Part shown: positions 8,719 through 15,889 of the stretch, piece by piece
How the letters are laid out: every line of letters begins with the position of its first letter
Numbering within the stretch: position 1 is the stretch's first letter
Source: Candidatus Micrarchaeota archaeon
GTDB taxonomy: Archaea > Micrarchaeota > Micrarchaeia > Anstonellales > Bilamarchaeaceae
Length of the DNA stretch: 24,018 nucleotides
NCBI GenBank assembly: GCA_023129075.1
Contig: JAGMCT010000011.1
Location: forward strand, 1 to 24,018
Direction of reading: 5' to 3'
Made by a program: the position numbers and the translations under genes
The notes under the pieces: model-generated
Databases searched by the model: none
Told to the model about the DNA's origin: nothing
The model's input: only the letters and a program-made list of their open reading frames with translations

Positions 8719-8816
8719 AAGAAGATGAATCTCAGGAGGGCATAGAAAGCCCTTTTCAAATCTCTTGTTTTTCTTTTGTTGATGTTTTTTCCGTTGAAAT
8801 GATTAAAGGTGATAAA

Positions 8817-9110
8817 ATGAAAATAGCAGTTGCATGCGAAACAAAGGATGAGAATTCAGTAATAAGCGAAAGGGCAGGAAGAGCTCCTTTTTACCTTATT
8901 TTTTCAAATGGTAAACTAGAGGAGGTTCTTGAGAATCCTTTTGCTGTTGGAACCGGAGGGGCTGCCTATGGAGTTGCTAAGATGCTTTTGGACAAGGGAG
9001 TAAAAAAGGTAATCGCAGGAAACACGGGCGGAAACTTCCAGTATGCGATGCAGGAAAAAGGAATAGCTGTTGAAATAAAAAACGGAAAATGTGCAGAGGC
9101 CCTGCAGTAA
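8817..9110 (+). CDS. NifX/NifB-type dinitrogenase FeMo-cofactor-binding domain protein (pfam02579-like)
   Basis: MKIAVACETKDENSVISERAGRAPFYLIF...VKKVIAGNTGGNFQYAMQEKGIAV matches the NifB/NifX/NafY small-domain pattern. The start was moved to the internal ATG with an upstream GGTGA. Confidence 0.7.
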   Translation: MKIAVACETKDENSVISERAGRAPFYLIFSNGKLEEVLENPFAVGTGGAAYGVAKMLLDKGVKKVIAGNTGGNFQYAMQEKGIAVEIKNGKCAEALQ

Positions 9111-9141
9111 TATCATAAACTTTGAAATATTATATCCCATC

Positions 9142-9438
9142 ATGCCAAGACCGAGAAGATTCAGGAGGATATTTCATCTTCCTGGCATAACCTATTTCAA
9201 GCCAGCAGGGGTTCCGTTCAGAGCTCTTGAGGAAGTTGTCATTACCTTTGACGAACTTGAGGCCCTTAGATTAACTTATTATAAAGGATTGGACCAAGTT
9301 GAAACAGCAAAAAAAATGAATATCTCCCAGCCTACTCTTTCCCGCCTTCTTTCTTCTGGAAGAGAAAAATTAGTAAAAGCAATAATTGAGGGGAAGGCCC
9401 TTAGAATAGAAGGAGGGAGCTATAAATTTGCTCCCTGA
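9142..9438 (+). CDS. DUF134 (UPF0251) sigma-70 region-4-like HTH protein
   Basis: MPRPRRFRRI...F(K/R)P.G...ITFDELEALRLTYYKGLDQVETAKKMNISQPTLSRLL is the canonical DUF134 pattern. The start was corrected to 9142. Confidence 0.75.
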   Translation: MPRPRRFRRIFHLPGITYFKPAGVPFRALEEVVITFDELEALRLTYYKGLDQVETAKKMNISQPTLSRLLSSGREKLVKAIIEGKALRIEGGSYKFAP

Positions 9439-9445
9439 TTTTGTC

Positions 9446-10222
9446 TTATTTCTTTTTTTTGCCTGCTCCAAAAGATTCTATTGCTTTAAGCACCTCTATT
9501 GGAATGGCAAATATTATCTTGTTTGATGCATCTGTAGATATGTCCGAAAGGGTTGAGAGCGTTCTCAGGTGCAGTGCTCCAGGCGCCTCCGCAAGTTTTT
9601 CTGCTGCCTTTGCAAGATTGTTTGCTGCTTCTGCTTCTCCCCTTGATTTGATTATCATTCCCCTTTTTTCCCTTTCTGCTTCTGCCTGTCTTGCCATAGC
9701 CCTTTTCATATCGGCCGGAAGCTCAACATCCTGTACCTTTATTGAAATGATATCAACCCCCCATTCCTCAGTTTCCTTATCCACAAGTTGTTTTATTTCA
9801 TCTGCAACCGATTCCCTTTCTATAAGCAAAGAGTCCAGAACAATTCCTCCAATAACATCCCTTAGTGCAGTATGTGCATACTGTGAAATTGCATATGCGT
9901 AATTCTCTATACTAAGGATTGCCCTTTTCGGATTCTCAACCTTGAAATACACAACCGCATTCACATACACAGGAACGTTGTCCCTTGTCATTACCTCCTG
10001 CTTTGGAATGTCAATAGTAGTAATTCTAGTATCCACGGTTATCAGTCTCTGCACAAAAGGAATAACTATCTGCAGACCCGGGCCGATATCTCCGCTGTAT
10101 TTTCCCAGCGTAAGCATTACCCCCCTTCTCCATTCAGGTACAATCCTCACCGTTATCAAGAATAAAAATAGAATCACTACTCCAATAGGTATCGCACTCA
10201 AACAAAATACATCTAACATCAT
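9446..10222 (-). CDS. SPFH/band-7 family protein (stomatin/prohibitin homolog)
   Basis: An N-terminal TM helix is followed by the SPFH domain (VPEWRRGVMLTLGKY...; RDNVPVYVNAVVYFKV; LRDVIGGIVLD) and an Ala/Glu-rich coiled-coil tail. Confidence 0.9.
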   Translation of the reverse strand: MMLDVFCLSAIPIGVVILFLFLITVRIVPEWRRGVMLTLGKYSGDIGPGLQIVIPFVQRLITVDTRITTIDIPKQEVMTRDNVPVYVNAVVYFKVENPKRAILSIENYAYAISQYAHTALRDVIGGIVLDSLLIERESVADEIKQLVDKETEEWGVDIISIKVQDVELPADMKRAMARQAEAEREKRGMIIKSRGEAEAANNLAKAAEKLAEAPGALHLRTLSTLSDISTDASNKIIFAIPIEVLKAIESFGAGKKKK

Positions 10223-10611
10223 AACACCTCAATTTTATCATCCTTTTGAGTTATAAACTCAATGTTTTTTCCCTCTAAATTTGTAAGAAGGAGTTTTGTT
10301 TCTTTGCTGTCCACTTCAAGACTTAGAATGTACTTTTTTCCTTTTATTGTAATTATTGCGCTGTACAATTCTTTCTCTTTATTGTATGCATATTTCACAT
10401 CTGCATTTTTGAATGTTTCAGGATTTTTTATGAGTCTGCCTATCTCTGAGTTTTCTACCTTTCCTTCAAAAGGCTCCCATGCAGCTGTAAATATTTTCTG
10501 CGCCTGTTCCTGAGCACGCGCCAGTTCGGCTTTCACCAATTTCTTCGGCACCATGGTTAATATTTCAGGTTTCTTGAATTCCTCAATAGACTCTTTTTCT
10601 TTTAAAACCAT
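10219..10611 (-). CDS. Hypothetical protein (130 aa), translationally coupled (ATGA) to the SPFH gene
   Basis: The ORF has a 4 nt overlap with the downstream stomatin gene. The composition is coding-like. No family was recognised. Confidence 0.5.
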   Translation of the reverse strand: MVLKEKESIEEFKKPEILTMVPKKLVKAELARAQEQAQKIFTAAWEPFEGKVENSEIGRLIKNPETFKNADVKYAYNKEKELYSAIITIKGKKYILSLEVDSKETKLLLTNLEGKNIEFITQKDDKIEVL

Positions 10612-10622
10612 AAATTCACCTG

Positions 10623-10949
10623 CTAAAATGTTATTTTCACATTAACACCTGGTTTTGACAAGAATATTTTGCGACCCACGCGCAATTTCCATTCTTCTCC
10701 TCCTGCCGTAAAAGTAATGGTATTTTTTGCTGTTGCATAAACGTCTTTTATTTTTCCTTTTATGTCTACTCCTTTCTCCTCAAATTTAGGAAGCCACGAG
10801 TTCTCTAGCTGCTCCTTGATTTTTGTCTGAAGGATTGTTTTTGGACTAATTTTTCTAACAGGCCTAAGTTTCATTTTAGATTGTTGTATTTCTGGTGCTA
10901 ATAGTTTTTGTTCTTTGAATCCTCCTTTTTCTTTTCTTTTTTGCGCCAT
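10623..10949 (-). CDS. Hypothetical basic protein (108 aa), first gene of the three-gene SPFH operon
   Basis: The N-terminus is Lys/Arg-rich (MAQKRKEKGGFKEQK...) and the C-terminus is beta-like. It lies 11 nt upstream of the next gene on the same strand. Confidence 0.5.
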   Translation of the reverse strand: MAQKRKEKGGFKEQKLLAPEIQQSKMKLRPVRKISPKTILQTKIKEQLENSWLPKFEEKGVDIKGKIKDVYATAKNTITFTAGGEEWKLRVGRKIFLSKPGVNVKITF

Positions 10950-11057
10950 ATATTATTTTAAGGGGGAAATTTTTTTAAAGGGGCATTACATTAGTTATAA
11001 AAAGAGGAACATTGTTTAACAAACAATAGATTTATATACTATTCTTTCGTATATTAA

Positions 11058-11146
11058 TTAAATGATGATGTGTACAACCTCTGAGACCACAGAGGGTTTC
11101 CTATATACTTCTGTGGAAGATGATGAAGCCAACAGCGTCTGATGAA
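11058..11146 (+). ncRNA. C/D-box sRNA (2'-O-methylation guide) candidate
   Basis: Box C AUGAUGA is at 11062-11068. A 12 nt guide follows, then D' CUGA at 11081-11084. A 35 nt spacer forms a hairpin (11087-11094 pairs with 11109-11116). C' AUGAUGA is at 11120-11126, a 12 nt guide follows, and D CUGA is at 11139-11142. Short AATT-containing flanks could form the terminal stem. Confidence 0.6.
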
Positions 11147-11159
11147 TTTTAACCAAATA

Positions 11160-11470
11160 ATATTCAATTTAGAGAGGGTTGGTTCTACTAGGAGGGAGAC
11201 GCTTCTCCCGCTTGGTATATGGACTCGCCGGGATTTTCCCACTCCCTAGAGCCTCTAGAAAATGTATTGAACCCGGAGTCTCTGCCTTGCGAAGACAGCG
11301 TCTTACCGTTCGACTACGAGCCCTGGTTTATCACTTTAAGAGGAATTACTCCTTTTTCAAATTCAATCCTTGCAACCTCAATGAAATCCGTCCCTTTTTC
11401 AGGTTTTACCATGGGAGGAGCTCCCAAATAAAGTTGAAGAGCACGCGCACTAATCAGTCTTGTTCTTTCA
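11160..11470. ncRNA. GC-rich hairpin-dense non-coding stretch; candidate structured RNA of unknown class
   Basis: Local GC is far above the window average. There are multiple perfect short hairpins: GGGAGAcgctTCTCCC (11193-11208), CTAGAgccTCTAG (~11246-11258), AAGACagcGTCTT (~11292-11304) and GGGAGgagCTCCC (~11412-11424). There is also a long-range complement GGACTCgCCGGG (11221-11232) / CCCGGAGTC (11273-11281). Only arginine-rich, implausible ORFs cross it. Confidence 0.25.
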
Positions 11471-11477
11471 AAGATGT

Positions 11478-12083
11478 TCATTTTTTCCTACCTTTTTTGA
11501 TTGGTTTATGATATTCCATCATAATCCTTTTTAATTCTTTCATTTCTTTCAGGATTTCTTTAAGGTAACTAGTTCCTTTTTCTGTGGCTTCTCTCCTGCC
11601 CACATGCGTTTTCTTTCTTGTCTCCTCAGCCATCTCCATACAGTAGCGTGTAAATGCCTTGTAATTTCCTATTCCTTCAATAATACCTTCAGCTTCCCCA
11701 GGACTTGTACCTGCAGTTTCTATCCTCACTGTTGCAAGTCCAAACAATCTTTCCATTATGTCCTTTTTGATGTTTACATTCTGTATTTTATCATAGGGTA
11801 TGTTTATTCTTTCTTTGTTGATAATTCCCCTTTTTATCCTCAGTTTGTCCTCATAAAATTCATAGGTATACTCCTGATAATGCAATTCAAGCCATATTGC
11901 ATAAGCAATGCTAATCGCAAGTAAAATCAATGCTATCCAAAAAGTATATTCTTTTATTGGAGTAAACGGCGTTATAATCAGCACCAATAATAACAATAGA
12001 AGCAGTATAATCCCTCCTGTTCTGATTAGCCACACAACGCGGACCTTAGGGTCCAGATGGTAAATCCTTTTCATTTCTTCCAT
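11478..12083 (-). CDS. Membrane protein with bacterial-PH (bPH_2, YdbS/YdbT-like, pfam03703) domain
   Basis: The start was corrected to the ATG at 12083 (MEEMKRIYHLDPK...), because the track start at 12149 runs through the tRNA-Trp gene. Two TM helices are followed by ...DKLRIKRGIINKERINIPYDKIQNVNIKKDIMERLFGLATVRIETAG, which is the bPH_2 signature. Confidence 0.65.
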   Translation of the reverse strand: MEEMKRIYHLDPKVRVVWLIRTGGIILLLLLLLVLIITPFTPIKEYTFWIALILLAISIAYAIWLELHYQEYTYEFYEDKLRIKRGIINKERINIPYDKIQNVNIKKDIMERLFGLATVRIETAGTSPGEAEGIIEGIGNYKAFTRYCMEMAEETRKKTHVGRREATEKGTSYLKEILKEMKELKRIMMEYHKPIKKGRKK

Positions 12084-12095
12084 ATTCCCACCCCA

Positions 12096-12188
12096 TGGGG
12101 CCATAGGGATTCGAACCCCAACTTGCAGGTTTCTTTTTGCTAAGAGCAACCTGGAGCCTGCCGCGCTACCTGGTTACGCCATGGCCCC
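12096..12188 (-). tRNA. tRNA-Trp (anticodon CCA) with ~20 nt intron after position 37
   Basis: The minus-strand sequence GGGGCCA TG GCGT AACCAGGTA GCGC G GCAGG CTCCAG[GTTGCTCTTAGCAAAAAGAA]A CCTGC AAGT TGGGG TTCGAAT CCCTA TGGCCCC A folds into a cloverleaf. It has a 7 bp acceptor, 4 bp D stem, 5 bp anticodon stem interrupted by an intron, a TTCGAAT T-loop and discriminator A. Confidence 0.85.
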
Positions 12189-12265
12189 TCCAAATGAGTA
12201 TTAAGATAATCGTAAGAATATATAAAAAGATTTGGTTTATCTCTGCTCCCAACTTTTTAAAAAGG

Positions 12266-13207
12266 ATGCTCCCATCAGATGTCATGGCAAAACTTAACGA
12301 TTTTTTGAAATATTCTGTGATAGGAATCTTCGTTCTTGGTTTGATTTCATTTTTTGTAATAATTGGATTAGTAATTACAGGTCTTGGTTTTCTTTCTCTT
12401 CCTCCATCTGAATGTGTAGGGGTTGTTGAGATAACCGGAGATATAATGGTAGGGGGAACTCCACCCTCATTAATGGATGCAGGGACACTTGGTTCTGATG
12501 AAATAGCCGAAAGAATTAGGGCATTGGATAAAAGAGACGATGTAAAAGCCGTTTTGTTTGTGGTAAATTCACCTGGAGGTTCAGTGGTCGGAACCTCTGA
12601 AATATATGATGCAGTAGTAGAACTTGAAAAACCCCAGGTTGCCTATTTTAGAGAGGTTGCAGCTTCAGGTGCATACTACCTTTCAGCCCCGTCAGATTAC
12701 ATAATTTCTTCCCCTCAATGTCTTACAGGAAGCATAGGTGTGATTGCTACTCTTTTCCAGATGGAGGAGCTTTTTGATAATCTCGGAGTAAATATAAGCA
12801 CAATAAAGGCAGGAGAGCACAAGGATATGGGTTCTATTTCCAGAGAGATGACCGATGAAGAAAAGGAAATATTGCAGACAATTGTAGATGAAATCTACTC
12901 TGATTTCAAATCTGTTATCCTTGAGCACAGGGGCTCTAAATTGGACATGAAGATGTTTGATGAGATTACTGACGGAAGAGTTCTGAGCGGAAAACAGGCA
13001 AAAGAGGTAGGGCTTGTTGATGAATTGGGGAACAAGAGGGATGCTCTTGAAAAGGCAGCAGAACTCGGAGGAATAACTTATGAAGGGGAGGTTCCTGTCT
13101 GTGAGATAAATACAGCCCCTGAAGAATTCAGTATCTTTGAGGTTTTCTCATTTATAAAGCAGATAAATTCACATACAAACAATCAGGTTTATTTAGAATA
13201 TAGGTGA
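12266..13207 (+). CDS. sppA: Signal peptide peptidase SppA (36K type, ClpP/crotonase fold serine protease)
   Basis: An N-terminal TM is followed by LFVVNSPGGSVVGTSEIYDAV and QCLTGSIGVIATLFQ (the catalytic Ser region), then a KAGEHKDMGS lysine region. The start was trimmed to avoid the tRNA-Trp overlap (12266, or alternatively 12284). Confidence 0.85.
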   Translation: MLPSDVMAKLNDFLKYSVIGIFVLGLISFFVIIGLVITGLGFLSLPPSECVGVVEITGDIMVGGTPPSLMDAGTLGSDEIAERIRALDKRDDVKAVLFVVNSPGGSVVGTSEIYDAVVELEKPQVAYFREVAASGAYYLSAPSDYIISSPQCLTGSIGVIATLFQMEELFDNLGVNISTIKAGEHKDMGSISREMTDEEKEILQTIVDEIYSDFKSVILEHRGSKLDMKMFDEITDGRVLSGKQAKEVGLVDELGNKRDALEKAAELGGITYEGEVPVCEINTAPEEFSIFEVFSFIKQINSHTNNQVYLEYR

Positions 13208-13211
13208 ACCG

Positions 13212-13535
13212 ATGAAATGGCCTCCTGCCCTTTTTTTCTTTTTCATTTTTCTTTTTCTTATTGTTCTTGTAATTTACCAGCAATTCCCTGAGCAATCAGC
13301 TGAACAGCCCAAACAAGAATCTCCCCAAGTCTTATGCAGCCCTGGAGAAAGGCTTTCCTGCACCATAGGAGAATGCGAAGGATTCATGGAATGCCAGAAC
13401 GGGTTCTTTTCCCCATGTATTCTGGATGCTGAATGCACAATAGGAGAAGAAGAATTCTGCGCTCTGGATGCCTGTTCTTATGGAAAAAGAAAATGCAACG
13501 AATGCGGGAAATGGGGCGAATGCCTTCCACAATAA
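13212..13535 (+). CDS. Small cysteine-rich secreted/membrane-anchored protein (107 aa, 12 Cys)
   Basis: A hydrophobic N-terminus (ALFFFFIFLFLIVLVIY) is followed by CSPGERLSCTIGECEGFMECQNGFFSPCILDAECTIGEEEFCALDACSYGKRKCNECGKWGEC. It starts 5 nt after the sppA stop. Confidence 0.5.
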   Translation: MKWPPALFFFFIFLFLIVLVIYQQFPEQSAEQPKQESPQVLCSPGERLSCTIGECEGFMECQNGFFSPCILDAECTIGEEEFCALDACSYGKRKCNECGKWGECLPQ

Positions 13536-14162
13536 TTATTCCACTACTATTTTTATCATATCTCCATCTTTTAGTTTCATCTTTTTTCTAAGATATTCAG
13601 AAGCTATAATCTCTATCACATTTTCCTCATGATGAGCCCTTTCCGGAAAAATCATTGCACATTTTTTCCCCTTTACAATACACGGATAAATTACAGCATC
13701 CCCGAATTTTCTTCCCCTGCTTTCAAATCCCCTTATTTTTATTCCGCTTTTTTTCAGCATTTTTATAGTATTCACTTTGTTGTCAGGTATCCTTATGTTA
13801 AGAGTTCCAGGGTAGGGTTCGAATCCTGTGTGTTTTTTCACTGGTTTTTTGTATCCTTCCTTGTTAATATAATATCTGCCTTCTCCGAGCCCGCTCATCA
13901 CCATTCCCCTTATCCTCTTATCTTCATCCTCAAATATACTCTTAAGTACCAAGTACTCATCCTTCAGTTCTTCATATCCTTTATCCGTTACTTCAATTCC
14001 TTTATTTGTTCTTTTCACCAATTCTAATTCCTCTATCTTTCTGAGCAATACTGAGATGTTCTGCTGGCTCATTAAGAGCACTTCTCCGAGTTCCTTTGTG
14101 CTTATTTTAAAGGGTTTTACATGGGCTCCTTTATTCAGCAAAAAAACAAGCAGTCTTTTCAT
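13536..14162 (-). CDS. ribK: Winged-HTH fused to archaeal CTP-dependent riboflavin kinase (RibK, MJ0056 family)
   Basis: The C-terminal domain has PYPGTLNIRI and GKKCAMIFPERAHH..., typical of archaeal riboflavin kinase. The N-terminal ~70 aa form a wHTH (ISTKELGEVLLMSQQNISVLLRKIEELELV). The start was moved to the ATG at 14162, which avoids a 47 nt overlap with the upstream gene. Confidence 0.75.
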   Translation of the reverse strand: MKRLLVFLLNKGAHVKPFKISTKELGEVLLMSQQNISVLLRKIEELELVKRTNKGIEVTDKGYEELKDEYLVLKSIFEDEDKRIRGMVMSGLGEGRYYINKEGYKKPVKKHTGFEPYPGTLNIRIPDNKVNTIKMLKKSGIKIRGFESRGRKFGDAVIYPCIVKGKKCAMIFPERAHHEENVIEIIASEYLRKKMKLKDGDMIKIVVE

Positions 14163-14175
14163 ATTCTCATCAACT

Positions 14176-15450
14176 CTAGTATACCTCAACTGTTTTCCTT
14201 GCTTTCTCGTATATCTTTTCAAGGGTTTCCTTATCCTTTGCTTCGGCAGTTATTCTTATCACAGGTTCGGTTCCTGAAGGCCTTATAAGAATCCAATAAT
14301 CCTCATGGTCTATCCTAAGTCCATCCAGAGTATTCCTTTTTCCTTCTATCTCCAGCTCGTTCATTATTCTTTCCATCTCTTTTTTCTCAATCCTGAATTT
14401 CTCTCTTTTCATTGGAGAGGGTTTGAATTCCGATGCCATCTTATGAATACTTCCTTTTTCTGCTGTTATTTCTGCGAATCTCAGGGCTGCAAGAGGCCCG
14501 TCCGGCACATGCACTCCTTTCTTATAGATATATTCCCCTGCAGGCTCCCCTCCAAATACCGCATTTTCTTTTTCAAGAGCCAGCCCCACATGGGTGCTCC
14601 CGACCTTTGTAATCACAAGTTCTCCCCCTCCTTTCTCAACAGCATCCTTTATCATAAGAGAGGATTCTACAGTGCTCACAATCTTTCCCTTCTCTTTCTC
14701 AAGTTCATCCAGTATCATTATTGAAAGCTGTACATCAGGATTGAGCACCTCTCCTTTTTCATCCACTATAATCATTCGGTCTCCATCCCCATCATGGGCT
14801 ATTCCAAAATCAGCACCATAATTAACAACCGCCTTTTTCAATGCAGTTAGATTTTCTTCCCTTGGTTCTGAAGGCCTGTTGAATTCCCCCCCTTCGCAGT
14901 TTATTCCTATAACCTTGCAGCCGGCCTTTGATAAAAGATAAGGAGTTATATTATATGCTGCACCATTGCAGTCCACAACAATTTTTAATCCTGAAAGGTC
15001 CTTCCCATTCAAAGAAAGAAGAAAATCCAGGTATTCATTTTTGAACCCATAATCCCTTTCAAATATTCCTGAAGTTCCTGAACACTGCATGCTCTCCATA
15101 TTCTTCTTTACTTTTTCTTCATCCTCTCCGAGTATCTCCCTTCCTTTTCTCATTAGTTTAAATCCATTATACTCAGCAGGATTATGCGACGCGGTTATCA
15201 TTATTCCGTTTCTTTTATATTTCATTGTTGCATATGCAACTGCGGGGGTGGGCAATATTCCTACATCAAGCAAATCTCTTCCATTTCCCAGCACTCCTGA
15301 AACCAGCCCGTGAAGAAGCGCAACCCCTGTTTTTCTTGTATCTCTTGCAACAACAATATTTTCATAAGAAAAAGCATATCCTATTTTTTGAGCAAGCAAT
15401 GGAGTTATCTCTTTACCATAAATCCCTCTTATTCCTGATGTTCCGAACAT
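14176..15450 (-). CDS. Phosphohexomutase (phosphoglucosamine/phosphomannomutase, GlmM/ManB family)
   Basis: Active-site Ser motif TASHNPAEYNGFK, metal-binding GIAHDGDGDRM, sugar-binding GGEPAGE and phosphate-binding RPSGTEP motifs are all present in a 424 aa product. Confidence 0.9.
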   Translation of the reverse strand: MFGTSGIRGIYGKEITPLLAQKIGYAFSYENIVVARDTRKTGVALLHGLVSGVLGNGRDLLDVGILPTPAVAYATMKYKRNGIMITASHNPAEYNGFKLMRKGREILGEDEEKVKKNMESMQCSGTSGIFERDYGFKNEYLDFLLSLNGKDLSGLKIVVDCNGAAYNITPYLLSKAGCKVIGINCEGGEFNRPSEPREENLTALKKAVVNYGADFGIAHDGDGDRMIIVDEKGEVLNPDVQLSIMILDELEKEKGKIVSTVESSLMIKDAVEKGGGELVITKVGSTHVGLALEKENAVFGGEPAGEYIYKKGVHVPDGPLAALRFAEITAEKGSIHKMASEFKPSPMKREKFRIEKKEMERIMNELEIEGKRNTLDGLRIDHEDYWILIRPSGTEPVIRITAEAKDKETLEKIYEKARKTVEVY

Positions 15451-15458
15451 TTAAGCAC

Positions 15459-15827
15459 CTATATTACTGCAGGCTTCTGCACCTCGCTTCTCATAACTAT
15501 GCTCTTCTCAACCCTTTCATCTATAACACCATTTTTATCATAAGAGTATACAACGACTTTACAGTTGTATATTTTTGGAGGAGTATATTTATTTGAATAT
15601 ATTTTTACTGATTTCTTTTTCATTTCTCCCTTGTTTATTGTCCCGAATCTCATCCTCCCGTTCCTTTTGTTTCCTGTAGGAAATATTGAGAGTTTGTCTC
15701 CGACAATGACATCTGATTCATACCACCCAAATTCCCTATCTGTATTGTGCACCTCTACTTTAAGGTCCACGTGGTTCTGCTGGTATGCAAATATTATTTC
15801 AGGATGTATAGATAATTTCAGGTCCAA
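15459..15827 (-). CDS. Hypothetical protein (122 aa), upstream of and co-directional with the phosphohexomutase gene
   Basis: An ORF of coding-like composition, 8 nt from the next gene. No family was recognised. Confidence 0.4.
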   Translation of the reverse strand: MDLKLSIHPEIIFAYQQNHVDLKVEVHNTDREFGWYESDVIVGDKLSIFPTGNKRNGRMRFGTINKGEMKKKSVKIYSNKYTPPKIYNCKVVVYSYDKNGVIDERVEKSIVMRSEVQKPAVI

Positions 15828-15889
15828 GTTTACACCGCACTTATAAGAATAAGCAATATTTTAAATATATACCTTGCGATTTTCCACTG

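Noticed and set aside
9441-10256. Plus-strand ORFs 9441-9902 and 9942-10256
   Set aside because: They are antisense to the SPFH/stomatin gene.
11054-11242. 62 aa minus-strand ORF from the six-frame track
   Set aside because: It exactly overlies the perfect-consensus C/D-box sRNA and the GC-rich structured region. The RNA interpretation explains the sequence better.
11160-11470. Identification of the GC-rich island as RNase P RNA or SRP RNA
   Set aside because: I could not find the universally conserved P4 strands of RNase P RNA or the helix-8 GNAR/GGAGCAG-type motif of SRP RNA on either strand. It remains only 'unknown structured RNA candidate'.
11179-11511. 110 aa and 70 aa plus-strand ORFs (11179-11511, 11219-11431)
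   Set aside because: The products are Arg/Ser/Pro-rich with no start context. The open frames arise from GC-rich hairpin sequence, so they are more likely non-coding.
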